Assembly (NCBI GenBank): GCA_000320545.1 | Contig: ADNK01000313.1 | Coordinates: forward strand, 62,001-126,000 | Direction: 5' to 3' | Source: Bigelowiella natans CCMP2755 | Taxonomy: Eukaryota; Protista; Cercozoa | DNA length: 64,000 nt | In this document: piece after piece, positions 37,214 to 50,938 of the stretch | How the letters are laid out: each line of letters starts with the position of its first letter | Position numbering within the stretch: the stretch's first letter is position 1 | Notes under the pieces: generated by a model | The model's database searches: none | Told to the model about the DNA's origin: nothing | Seen by the model: only the letters and a program-made list of their open reading frames with translations | Program-made: the position numbers and the translations under genes

Positions 37214-38667
37214 GCATGGATGTCTCTGGGGACAATGAACGTTATAGTACGCGGCATAACCAATTCGAGCTTTAAGTTGTTGTTGCAACTACTCGTCGCG
37301 CTCACCGTCAATGTCATGCATTGCATTACATATATGTAAAGTCTTCATGTGCCGCAGATGCGTCCGATCATTATCGCCAGTCCCATCCTGTTACTATTGC
37401 TTTCAATGCTCCCCGCCTTGTGAGTAGACCTATTAGACGGACCTGTCTAGCTGTGTGATAGCGACATCCAGATGTGTCACGATGCACACTCGCGACAGCA
37501 GTATTCATAGCTTTGTAACCGAAGCTGCTACAGACTAACGCACACAATCTAAGCGCTGTGGTCGCAGCTTTGTACAGCCTACATTGATACGACGTAGGTG
37601 ACTAGATGACGGTGCTCAGCATATATATATTAGCTGTGATGTTATATGGTTAACATTGGCTGCTGCTATAGCATATACTGCTAGACTGTATAACAATGGC
37701 CATCAGTGCGCCGAAGCCATAAAAGAACAATACAGTATAGCGCCACATCATACGTGACCTGCTATAGCACAGCATTAGTCCATAATCAGCTCGCATAGTA
37801 GCGGCAGCTGTATGTACATAACCGAATCTAGCTAGACGGCCTAAAGTATATAATGCATCACGTGCGGTAGTCGCGAACATACTACATACCTAGCTAGATA
37901 CATCACGCGCGCGAGCCTAGTTTACAAGCAGTAGTAAGCAGTTACGTATTTTGTATGTGCACAACATTTCATTATTTGCATCCGTCTTATATTTTGTTAT
38001 GCTAAGCATTGTTTGTCTTTTACACCGCTAGCACCGTGCAATTCTACAATTTCTCAATTTGCCTGACGCATCGCGCGCACATTTTAAGCGCATGTTAACT
38101 GCGATGTGTGGTTGGTAGATAAGCATTGCCATGCGATACTTAAGGTCCAGAATAAGTCAATACGATCGCGATCATGCAGTCGGTAATGCGTCATCATAGA
38201 TGTGCTCTTACTTGTACACGAAAGAATAACAACAACAATAACGCACGACCTACAACGTATACACCACGCATACACCCTTTGGAGCTTTAGTGCACGAAAT
38301 TTGTGGTACCAACAGCAATCGGGTCGAAAAGATTGCATTTCAGATGCCCGAAGGTTTCCTAAAATTATCAACCATATATCCGAAGTTGCACAATTAGCCC
38401 ACGTACGCATGCGGAAAAATACAGCAAACAGGAGACTTCGCTTTGCGACAAGAAGCCTGAGAAAGAGTCGCTGAACATACCCAGGCTTATATGCCTGATG
38501 TTATTCGTTATCGACAACACATCAACGACGCACCTGCGTTATCGCTATCACTGTTTCATTCAAGAACCCAAAGCGTTCGTACCCATTGATCTGTTCAGGA
38601 GTTGGGGGAAATACGAGAAAGTTTGGGGGGGGGGAGTAAGAAAGTCCGTATTGAAGAGGGGAGGTAG

Positions 38668-39072
38668 CTAGCAACAATTTTGTAAAATCACTCCACGCCG
38701 CTGCGACTTAATTGGCGGTTGCATCACAGGCTGCAAGAAATCAAAAACCGACATAACACGCAGCCAACGGCGAAACTTCGGCAAGAAATTATCATCTGAT
38801 CTGGGTAGCCACTCCCTATTCAGGAGTAGCTTCGACTTGCGACAGATCTTCAGACACAGTGCCACGGAATTAGGCGTCGCGCATAGCAGCGGTAGCAGCA
38901 TTACAAGCGAGTGAGTGGGTGCAATAACAGCGAACGAAGGAGCACACGCCAGCATCAATCCGCAGCAAGCGAGCAGCACCTTTTGTTTCCTGTCGCTAAG
39001 AGGGGCGTTGCTGACTAGGTAAATCTCGTTTGCGACCTGTTGGATAAATGTTGTTATCATCTTTTATCATTG

Positions 39073-39103
<31 letters not shown>

Positions 39104-39382
39104 ATCACCATCATCATCCTTCTTCTCATCATCAATGCTATCACCCCTCGCCCATACACACCTCTTGCCAGACATCGTCAGCACACGCGCCACTAATGGG
39201 CTCGTTTGGGGCGTCCTGTTTGTGTTGTGGGAGTAGTTATATAGGTAGCGGATGGTGATGATAACACGCAGAGAGAGAGAGAGGCAAAGAACGAGAGAGA
39301 GAGAGAGAGAGAGAGAGCAGCAGCAGCAGCAGCAGCATATGATAAAGCACTGGCATCATTGAGCGGAATATCATTCGCATAC

Positions 39383-39425
<43 letters not shown>

Positions 39426-39456
39426 CAGCGGATTACATAGGTGAGTTCATGTGTGA

Positions 39457-39495
<39 letters not shown>

Positions 39496-39710
39496 AATAG
39501 ATAAATACATCTATGCGTATTATTATCATCAGTAATTATTCCAGGAGGATGGACGTATGTACACGACTCTTTAACCACAACATTGAGAGATAGAGGCATA
39601 TACAGACAGGGAGAGGGAGGGAGAACGAACAGTCGCATATCACCTCACACGTCACTTTGAAAATTGGCTTGTTGTCCTTTTCGCCAACAAGAACCTGATA
39701 AGAGAATACG

Positions 39711-39747
<37 letters not shown>

Positions 39748-40167
39748 AGTGGAGTGAGCAAATATGAAGTCTTTAGCCTTTTTTCTTCTCCCTCCTCCTC
39801 CCCCTTTTTTTTTATCCACCTCCTTCACTGCCCCCCCCCCCCTCCTCTATCTCTCTCTCATCACGCACCTCACACTTGTACTTGCACATGTGGTCAGGAT
39901 TGACCATACTCTGCCAACAGCACGCAACAACTTAGTAGTCCGTTCAACAAGCGAGTGATAGCAGGGAAGAAAAACAGAAAAATAGGAGGAGGGGGAGAAG
40001 ATATGGGAAATAGAGGGAGAATACTGTACGACTACAATCTAGGGCTACCATATCTTCGACTAAGAGGCAATGCTAATACGCACAACACACACACACACCT
40101 GGTGCTCGCGTACTGAGGCATACCCCGGGAAGAACACGTAATCGCGACAGTGAAAGTCGCCCACTAA

Positions 40168-40206
<39 letters not shown>

Positions 40207-40508
40207 AGCAAAGAGGAGGAGGAGGAGGACATCTTCACTGGGAATTAGGGAAAAACCAGGGAGGAAAGGATCATCCAGTCCCATGGCCACCCCCCCCCTC
40301 TATTTCTCTCTCACTCTATCTTTCTCTCTCTCCCTCGGAAACAACACCGCCCTTGCCCGTCGCCGTTGTCTTCCTTATCTACATAGTATCTAACGTTGAT
40401 TGCGGCATGGGATGGAGAACGAAGACAAAGACATGATAGAGCGTATGGATACGCGCTCTATTTTGCCGAGGGCCAATACAATACACACACACACACACAC
40501 ACACACAC

Positions 40509-40550
<42 letters not shown>

Positions 40551-40551
40551 C

Positions 40552-40591
<40 letters not shown>

Positions 40592-41200
40592 GTCATTCAT
40601 ATCACACTTATAAATTTGAATTCTATTCGTGTTTGCGTGTGTTCGTTGCTGCTGCTGCTGCTGATGATGATCATGATGGTGGTGGTAGTTACGCTTCTCA
40701 TCAGGGGGGGGGACTCCGGTGGAGATAAGACAGAGGTTTTTCTGAGTGAAATTAGTCACGACGGCAGCAGTAGCAGCAGCAGCAGGAGGAGGAGGAGGAG
40801 GAGGAGGACGGTCAGTCTCTGTGCATGGAGGGTGAGGTTCTATGGTTGGTTGGGGGATTAGAGGCAAGTAGTCTTACTCCTACACGCATCGGGAACTGTG
40901 GCTGGCCATCTGCATCCCTACGGGAAGGGGAAGAGGAAGAAGAAGAAGAAGAAGAAGAAGAATATGATGATGATGAAGGAAGAGGGTGAGCACAGAGCAG
41001 GAGGAAGGGGGGGAAAGAGAAGTAGGGGAGGAGGGATGTGTTGTGTGTGTGTGTGTGTGTGTGTTCGTGTATATATATATAGTACTACCGGTAAACGACA
41101 GCGGTCGGGTTGCGCTCCGCATACGCGACCAAGCCGATTTTCTTCGCAACAGCAAACAACAACAACAACAATATATCATATCATCATATACACATCTCAT
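38668..41200 (-). CDS. Coding exons of unknown function (either the 3' part of the FHA/CHD-like gene or a separate gene)
   Basis: Exon-like segments with splice signals at ~38680-39036, ~39880-39960, ~40098-40165 and ~41090-41145, set among microsatellite introns. No domain recognised. Confidence 0.4.
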
Positions 41201-42098
41201 CGGCGGCTGCTTCGATAAATCACTCTCCGATCGAGGATTAGATCTACTTCTTCATACACTTCTTCATCTACTTCAAACAACGCACATACGACCCTCGCCA
41301 CCCCCCCCACAACCCGCATTCTTACGTCACGCAGCGAGCTTCTTAAACCGGCAATATAATCGTCAATAGCACACCATTGTTATCATCATCACCCCTCTCA
41401 TCACCACCACCACCTTCAGATTGAGAGGGCCTGTCGCCACGCACAACGGTGTGGGGACTTTCTCCCTCAGTGTGAAGCCTTGTCCCCACCCCAAGCACCC
41501 ACCGACGTACTGCCCGTCGCGTAGACGCTTCACCCCCGCCATGGGAGAGGAGGAGGACGACGACCCATTCTACTCAAGGGAAGGGGGGGGGGCAAAGGCC
41601 TTCCTCACTTAGTTGAAACCAATATGCTTTCTCTCTACATTTCACAGACGGCGTGGACGGATGGTACTAGCAGTAGCAGCAGTAGCAGTAGCCGCAGTAG
41701 TAGTAGTAGTAGTAGTAGTAGCTAGTAGTATACACAAGCTGCAACTACCACCGTCGGGAACAACACGAGAAGAAGAAGAAGAAGAGTACCCTCTTTGTAT
41801 CTCCCATCTCCCGCCAACCTTCTCCCCCTCACCCCTCCCTCTCCTACCCGCAATCACGACCTACCGAGTAGTGGTGGGCAGCAGCAGAAGCAGCAGCAGC
41901 TGCGGTTGCTAGTTGGTACTGATGTTGCTGATGATGATACGAATAGTGCTGCTGCTGCTGCATCATCATCCCAGGAGAAGAAGAATAATAATAAGCTTGC
42001 TGCTCAGGCGACAACGACGAAGGACCACCCAGCAGCGACGGCTCGCCCGCTGGCCGAAGAAAGGGGGCAAACTAACGTAGAACATATATAAATAAATA

Positions 42099-42164
<66 letters not shown>

Positions 42165-42799
42165 TTCCAGAGTTGTTGTTGGGAGCATGGTCTTTGAGGA
42201 GAAACACATTGCTTTTCATGCAAAGCAACGAGAAGGAGAGTCAAACAAATCGTCGAGCAAAGATAATCATAAGCTCAACGATTTCGAGGCCTCTCCCCTC
42301 CTCCTCCACCACTAGCAACAACAACAATGACAACGATAACAACAACAACAACAACAACAACCCTAATGCCCGCCAAACTACTGAATAAATGATAATAGAT
42401 GGGGGTAGTAGTTAGTAGGTAGTTGCAGAGAGGGGGGGGGCAAGAATTAGCTTCTGGTGCTGGCGGTGCTATATACTACCGGTGTATTTCTGGCCTTTCT
42501 CGCCAGTGCAGGGTCCAGGGGGAGGGGGGGGAAGATGAAGAACATATCGACACGGTTGTAGCGATAATACCTCCTACATGTGAGTGATAACTGTTTTGCT
42601 ACTTTTATTGCATTGCAGGGAAAATTGCAGCAGCAGCAGCAGCAGCAGCACATGTCTGTTTAGTGTATGCTCCTGCATATTATCGTGAATCTAAGGCAGG
42701 AAAATCTCGGTGCGAACATGCCGATGATTGTAGAAGTAATATGGAAAAACACAATCTGGCATCCGCGTGTATGATCTATGATGTACTCACCCAACCCCC

Positions 42800-43495
42800 C
42801 CCCCCCTCTCCTCTCCTCTCCTCTCCTCTCCCCTCCCCTCCTTCAGTTTCTCGCGCATCGAAACCGACCTGGCGTTCTCGAAGCTGTTGGTGACGCCATA
42901 GTCAACGACGTTATCCTTTGCGGCTACAGCTGCGGCTGCCTTTGCCGCCGCCTCGCATATGGAGGGGGGGGGGCATGGCGTGGGGTGTAGCAAGGACAGG
43001 ACCCCGAGCAACGCCGTGGCTCGCTTCTCCAGGTGTGCCAATCTGCAGAGATGAAGAGGGCGCAAACATATTACATCTTAACCTTTGAGAAAGTAGTAAG
43101 GGTTGCTGCTTCTTCGCTGTGTGTGATGAGGCTACAAGTGGACAACGACGGCTTGCTTGGTGAGAGCGACGACGAGACAGGATACAAGCCACCCAGCATG
43201 AGCCTTGGGTAAGTACTTACGTGCGCACGTACGACGCGTGTATGTACTGCCAAAATTCTTCTCTTCTTCTTTCGTTCTTCGTCTTCTATTACTATTGCTA
43301 CAAACTATTGCTACTACTCACTGAGAGGCGTGCATCTGGGGCGCCATGGCACCGCTGTGGAAATCGGTGGCATCGGCATCGGCCCCTCCACCGTTGTCGT
43401 CTGTTGTGGACGTTGGTGTTTCAACGAACACGCACGCTGATACCGAGAGGGGCTCATCCTCCATTCTGACATCATCGGTTGTAGGAATGGTAGAC

Positions 43496-43528
<33 letters not shown>

Positions 43529-45865
43529 GAGGAGGAGGAGAAGAAATATGAGCCAAATATATCAGTGTTGTTTGTCAGAAGAATGTCGATAGTAAGGTCG
43601 TTCCTCTCTTCCATAGATCGGTGGTGGCAGTGGTTACTCATAACATTGATTTGACTACACATGGATGGGGGGCACTGGCATCGAATCACCATCATCATCA
43701 TCATCATCTTCTTCTTCTTCTTCTTCTTCTTCACACTAATGTCTTCTTCCGACTCTCCCAATTACGTATTGCACTCTCCCGCTGCCTCCTTTTTCTTCTT
43801 CTTCTTCTTCTTCTTCTTCTTCTTCTTCTCTCCAGTCTCTCTCTCTCTTCCCCCACCCCCCCTCTATCTCTATGAAAACTGACTCCTCATCGTCCAGCTG
43901 ATTCTCCTCCTTCTGCTCGTCCCTCTTACCCTCCCCTGCTGTCGTATTATTAGCATTCGTTGCTGCCGTTGTTTTTTGTGCATCCTTCACGTCGCTGCCT
44001 CCTACCCCCTCCCCCCCCTCCCCCCCTGTGCTTGCAGACACAGCGCCAGCATCTTGGTTATTGGTATGTTTGGCGTTAGTACTATCGCTGTGGGCACTAT
44101 TACTAGCGCTGCTGCTGCTACTACGAAGCTGATCAGGACGAGGGTCTCCCTGCCCCCCACCATCTCCACCACCACCACCGCCGCTCGCCGGCTCCTCCTG
44201 CTGCTTTGTGGTGGTGGGTGAAGATGAAGGGGGTAACTCCTTCTGCTCTTTCTTCTCCTTTCTCTTCTTTTTTCTCCTCCAGCCGAGAGAAGCATCGGCG
44301 ATGATGTCGCCCCAGGCTCCCCATCCGTGCTTGCTCACACCTGGTTGGTGCCGGTTGTGTGTGTGGTGGGGGGGGGGGGGAGGGAGGGTCACGCAACCCA
44401 TGTATTTTCACTATCTATGCTGTGGCTTTGCATCTCGTTGCACAGTGCTAATTTTTGCGTTTTCGCGATGTACATAGCCATCTCTCATTGGTAGTGTTCC
44501 CGCTCCTTCGCTCCCCCCCCCACCCTCCCTTTCCTCCTCCTCTTCTTTATCTTCTCCGCTACTCTGAATCGTACGTGATGGGTGGATCACCTTTCACGAG
44601 ACAGCTGTCATGATAGCCGACTTGCCACCACCCTGGCAACGCCACGTCGCCCAGCTGCAAGATTGTGTGCGTGTTTGTGTGTGTGTGAGTGTGTGTGAGT
44701 GTGAAACAAAACAGTGGAGAGAACAGAAACAATCATATTTGGAATTGGAGAGGCATCGAAGACGAGGTGCCACGGAGCTGCAAAAAAGAGCCTGAGAGGC
44801 ACCGATGATTCTTGTCGTGCGGCACCCAACAGGCCAAGTATCACCGGTTATTGCTTTTCGTTATGATCTTCTGCGAGTCTGACTCTTCTATCGCTAAGAT
44901 GGCCACTGCGAATACTAATACTAACACTGCTGCCGCTGCCCCTCATACCTCAGGAGCATGCGCGTTGAGTGTGCACAGTAGCGACGGATGATCGGCGCTC
45001 TTTCCAATATGACAGAGAATGGGTACCTACGGGGGGGGGAGGCAAAAAGTTGATTATATGCTCGATCGCGGCGATGACAATGAGAGCGAGAGGAAAGCTA
45101 CAACTAATAATGATGATGGTAATAATAATAATAACGGCGATGGTGGTAATGATGATGATGATGATGATCGATGCTTTGATATGTCGTGATTCCGAATCGG
45201 AGCTTCATGACCCTCTCCGCGAGAGCCTCAAGTTCCGCAGTATTCCAGCGAGATGCCGGCAAGCGCAGGTATCCCCTGCAATGAACACCAAGCAAGGCAT
45301 TGCCAGCGGCATTGGATTGTATGAGGCCATTAAGCAAACCGAAGTTATGTAAGAGCGATCATGCCGTCGTCACCACCACCACCATCGTCGCCACCATCGT
45401 ATACGAACAAGCACAACATGGCTCCTCGTCACCACGCCCCACCACCACATAGGCGTACCCTTCCCACGTCGACTTCCGTTTCTTGTCAGCTGTGTAATTG
45501 CACATCTCCCGTAGCACGGATGACACCCCCGACTTAATGTCCTGGCCATCGAAGAAGAAGGAGAAGAAGAAGAAGAAGAAGAAGAAGAAGAAGGAGGAAG
45601 AGGGCGAGGAGGACGAAACATATTATAAGGAGGAGGACGCGTGCATGCTTCACAGAGAAAGTGATAGAGGATTGATCATAACGTGTGCATGCCTGTGCGC
45701 GCGTGTATGCGGCATGAGAACAATAAAACAAGCATATGCACCTCATGTTGGGAATGAAAACGGGGGTATCAGAGTTCTATCGAAGTTTCCCGACGAGGGG
45801 AGGGGGGTAGGTATTTATTCATTGGTTGTGTCTCCTTTTTGGAGTCATCACGTCTGCGTTGTCCT

Positions 45866-45900
<35 letters not shown>

Positions 45901-46966
45901 TGTTAATCCTTGCGGACCTCGTCGCTTAAGTTTGGAAGGCCTGCAGCCGCCCTGAGTTTCTCGGTCTTGGTTATTATAGGAAAGAAGAGGGAGGGGAGGG
46001 GGGGGGGGGGGGGGAGCGAGGCGTTGGAAGAATTCACACCAAAGGTTGTAGTATTCCTTCGAATAGCGATAACAATACCAGCAGACGTCCAGTTGGATCG
46101 ACCCGCAAAGGGTGCAGCATCATAGCTCGGGTAACAGCCCGTCGCTCGGTTGAGGTCCAATATCTGCACACAGACGCGAGAAACACTCTCAAGATTGTGG
46201 ACGACACGCAAGCGCGGAAACGCACGCATCTACAGATGGCGAGTCGTGGCGGTGGTGATAACGCTGTGAGGAGAGGGGGGGGGGGGGGGGGGCAGGAGGG
46301 GTGCGTAGCGACGTCGATGTCTATAATGTGTTATGAAGACTCGTTGTGCTGTTGGGTCGTTTCATCTTCTTCTGCCGTAACTCATAGCATTCAGAGCGGT
46401 GAAGAAATGGTGGCGACGGGCTGCTCTTGCCATTGCTGCATTGCTAAATCAAGCGGTAGGAGTAGTTACCTTCCGGAGACTTTCCTTCTCCGCTTGTGGA
46501 GGTACCGCACGGCTGCGGCTGCTGCCGCCGCTACTTCTGCTGCATTTTTGCCATCGCCGTCGCCCATGACCGGAAATACCCGTCGCTTGAACTTGGGCAC
46601 TATACGAAGACACGCGCGAGTGAGCAGCGAGCCAGGGGTGCACATGCGTTGAAAGAGGAGAGGAAGAGGGAATAAGATATATACAGCAGCCGAGCGGGGA
46701 AGGGCGAAAACAGTAAGATACCTGTGAGCTTCATCTCGATGCTGCCTGTGGCCGACGCACCTCCAGCTCTCCCCCCCCCTGCCTTGTTGCTGGGAAGACG
46801 CTTCCGCCAGTGTTTTCTGGCCACGTCGATCAGGCGCTTAAGCCGTCGCGTCAGTACGTCTGCGGAGGGCCAACCTGAGGAGGGAGGAGAGGGGAGAGGG
46901 CGAGGAGGAAAATGAATCATATTCACGTTTTTTATCCTCATCATCGTCGTCATTCCTACCATCATC

Positions 46967-47000
<34 letters not shown>

Positions 47001-48868
47001 TCATCGTTGTCACGTCGTTTTTCTTTGACGACCATTGGTGGTGGCAGCAGATCCTGGCTTGTGGCCTGCATTTGCCTTGGCCTCCTTGGACGTGAACCCG
47101 AGAGAATCGTCTCCTTTGATGTGGTCGTAGCGCGCGTAGCCGTACGTGTAAGTGCCCTCCAAGAGCCCCTTGTCGTCGTTCCTCCCCCACCACGCCGTAG
47201 GCTTGGGGCCTGAGAAGAACGACGTGGGGATGAGGGCGAGCCAATCGCCGTCACCGCGTGCCATCTCCCCTAAGAAATGCAGATTGCACAGCCTCCGTCC
47301 CCAGACGCTGGAGCTTCGCTTCATTTTATCCCAATTGATCAGGGTCGGGTGCGGCTCGGAGGGGCCAATCTGCATATCGCGTCGTCGATTATGAATGCCA
47401 ACGGCAGTAGGCAGAAGCGGCGCGGCGAGGATAGCACAGAGCAGTGCGACAGCAGTGTGCGGGAATCAATCAAAAAGGAGCTGGACGATGCGGTAAGAGA
47501 AAAAATGGAAAAGAGAGAGAGATAGAGAGAGAGTCAAAGAGATGATGATTATTAGATCTTGACCGTGGAGCTGGTGATCATGGAGAGGTATTCTTTCGGT
47601 TCTCCGCTCACGTGTTCGAGCAGCGCCAGGATGAATGCATGTGTATAGTCGGTGATTTCTTCCTCGGTGTGCTGGTTCAGGTGTGCGACCCGCTTGATCA
47701 GTGTGGGGCGCGGGAATCCATACCTGAAGGAGTGTGTGTTGTGTTGTGTGTGTGTGTATGTTTGTGTGAGTGTGTGCTAATGAATATTGCTGCTCCTGCT
47801 GCTGCTCCTGCTACTGTGTGTGCAGAGATGGGATGTAGATTTTCACTAGAGGACTACTCCTCACTGCTATATCCTTTCTTTATGTGCATACATGTATATG
47901 TACACATCAATATCCTGTACATATATTTAAATCCCACGTCGACTTCTGCGATGCCAAAACGTATTCACGTGCGTTTTTCATGGTTTGTCATACGTGAGGA
48001 GGACGCGTTGGAATCGCTCGCGCTCGGTAGGGGTCCACTAATCGACAGAGAAAAGGGGCAAGTTTTGGCGATCAGAGCTCTTAAGGAATCAAACATATCA
48101 GCTCTATGTCGGGCGGGAAGCTGTTGCATTCACGATGACGTAGTACCTTCACCTCCGACAGGGATTGTGTCCGGCGGCGCTGTATGGTGTCCGAATCGTC
48201 GCTCTCCGTGTTGTCAGACCGATCTCCATCCTGGAATCGATTCATTTTTAAAAAGAAAGAGAGTTTTGAGGTGGTGGGTCCGGTCTCATTCAGGATCACT
48301 GTTTCCTATTCTCTCCCAAATAAATTCGTACCGTAGCAGCAGTTTTTTTATCCCTTCCATCTGCCCCAGCCTTCGAATTGGGGGAAGCCAGCTTGCGTCC
48401 TTTGGTGCTCACTTTGGCATTTGCCCCGGTTTTCTTTTTCTTCTCGGACCGGGGCAAGAGGAAATGAAAGCTGCAACTACTTCCAGGGATGGCGATTTCA
48501 TCTCTAGATTTCAGGGCCACCGTGTCCCATTGTTCGTATTTGCGGCCGTTAACCGAGAACCCAGAGGAACTTAAGCAGTAGAGCTCAAAGCAGCTCATCT
48601 GCGGGTTGTAGTTCAACTCGAGATGCTTGTTCGCGATGGCCCTGTCGTCGCCTATTTTGACTCTTGGGCGTCTCCTTTTCATGATTTCTTGGGGACGCGT
48701 AGTCTCAGCTCGGCCCAGGGTGACGTGTGTTGATGTCATGACGTGGTTGACGCCATTACCGAAAAGCTTTGCGTACCCAGCCCTTTTGCCCGCCTCGCAC
48801 CGCTCTTCCTTCATCCTTCGACTGATTTCTTTCTCCAACTCAAGAACTGACATTGATTCGATGCTCAT
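42800..48868 (-). CDS. FHA-domain protein with tandem CHD6-9/Kismet-like SANT-SLIDE modules, multi-exon; 3' end uncertain
   Basis: FHA: GYAKLFG...VTLGR...IANKHLELNYN...FELYCLSSSGFSVNG...LKSRDEIAI. SANT-like: WTPTERERFQRVLLTYG...HTEEEITDY. SLIDE-like: WWGRNDDKGLLEGTYTYGYARYDHIKGDDSLGF and WPSADVLTRRLKRLI. Second module: WTSTERRAVTRAM...GVSKHGWGAWGDIIADASLG. Confidence 0.75.
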
Positions 48869-49612
48869 GCTCCTACGGGAAGAAGGCAGCACAGACATAC
48901 GCATGAAACATATGCAACACATACAAAAGGACGCACACACACAAACCCACACACACGAAAGAGTCCGTCAAACAGAAGCCACTCTCTGCAACGTAAAATA
49001 CTTCGAAAGCTTACCTCTTGGACGCTAACGGGGGTTTGATCTAGGGTTGTACACCTCTGGTGCGCACAAAGGGGGGCGGGAATCACCGGCTGGCCTCAAC
49101 TGGTTGGCCGGGCCGCCATCGCTCGAGTTGGACTCCGAGAATTTGGAGTTTGGCCGAAGCCTACAAAATTAAAGAATCTAACCACCTTTATTTTCATTGT
49201 CGCATCGATAAAATCACCTCCATTATTGTAAGAAATTTTCTTATCTTGAGGCAGCCGGAGGGAGGGGGGCTGGACGAAGGAAAATATCCGGAAGACTATT
49301 CCTGCGCTGGCTGCCATCCGCTGAGAAACACACAAAATCGAGCAACGCCACGAACCGAAGCGAAGCCTTAGGCTCTGGCAAATCCAAACCTGCTCGAAGG
49401 CGATAGGCTTCGATTAGGAGAACATGGAGAGCTTGCAGGACACGGCCAAGAATTCTTCCTCCCTTAGGTGATGACCTGAAACTCCACCTCGTCATCATCA
49501 TTGCTATCGTCCTTCTTCTTCTTTTCTTTCTTTTCAATTTGTCCCTCCGACCTCTCAACACGAGTTGTCAACGAACCGCCTTTGACTACCGCCAACACTC
49601 CCCAAACCATGG

Positions 49613-50907
49613 ATGCATGCCGTGCCCAAGGAGCCGTCGTCCACTAACGCCCACACCCACTGTATCATCCATCATATGTTCTCAAGGTACCGGGTCGGCC
49701 CGACAAATATTAGACGCGCCCTGCATCTGCAAGAAAAAGGCGAAGAAGGCCGCTCCCCCTCGCGAGGCCCAGAGAGTACGAAAAAGGAGGATAATCTCTC
49801 ATGGGCGACTACAATTATGCTGAACATTTACTATTATTATCGAGCCCTACTGAGCGATTCAGAGGTGTGGGGGCCCTCCGTCGAGATTCGCAATAAAACC
49901 TTCCTTCAAAGGTGATTGAGACCTTTTTTGTCGCAATTGAAAAAGTGTGCTGCCGCTTCGTGGCGCGGAAGCTGATAGTGATATTCATGACAATGGCGTG
50001 TGGTCAATCGATCGATCGATCGATCGATACCAACCAATATCTCATCATCAGGTTGAGTGGTGTGACCCTATCGTTTCTCCTCTGCATCGGACTCTGGTTC
50101 ACTCTTTGGGGACACTTTCTCTCTCCATCACTCGTCGCTTGGGCTTCGGTCGTGGTACCATACTCCGTACATGTGTGCATGCAGTGTGTCTGCAAGGGAG
50201 AGAGGTCTCCCCCTCGCATATTTTTTGCGTTCCTCATTGCTATGACCACCATCATCATCACCTCGTTACTACTATCCAACATAACAGAGTCTCCTGGCGG
50301 TGCCGCTGATTTATTGGGTGCTCGGGCGTGCATGGGTGAGATTCTGCAAGGCCATTACCAAACGGACATGCCTCGCCGCCCAGCCCCCACATTTAAAGGA
50401 TAAGCGGTGGAGGAAGCGCGATTTGTTTTTCGTCAGCTTCATCGGTTTGCAGATTGGATTGTCGGTGGTCTCGTTGTGCGCCTCGCTGCTGAACGCCATA
50501 AGCGAAAGCAAAGTGCTGTCACTGCTCACGGGCATGGGTTGTTTCGTGAGCCTATCTTTGGTGTCGTTCGGTACGCACGGCGTCGGCGGCAAGCTACGGC
50601 ACAATAAGCTGTATCGGTTTTATCAGCCTTTTGAGGGGGGCACCTTGTACTGCATTCTGCAAGCGTCGAGCTGGATTCTGTTTTCCTTGAGTTTCCTCCT
50701 CATCGGTCTCCACAGCTCTTGCACGTTGCTGTGTCTCATGGGCCGTTGTAGCCTCAATGCTGTGGGTACCTTCTCTTCGATACCAATTCCCTCTGTCGTT
50801 GGTAGTAGCAGCGGAAGGATTGTGGCGAGGTTGGTGACGGCGACTGATGGCATCTTGATTCCTGCCACTTCCGCGGTTGGACCAAAGCTTCTTCCCCCCC
50901 CCATCGA

Positions 50908-50938
<31 letters not shown>

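Noticed and set aside
40379-40867. ORFs with YIYIYI, HTHTHT, CVCVCV or poly-amino-acid runs here and throughout the window
   Set aside because: They are translations of intronic microsatellites.
47612-48574. 320-aa plus-strand ORF
   Set aside because: It is the antisense shadow of the FHA/SANT gene exons and introns, with no motif of its own.
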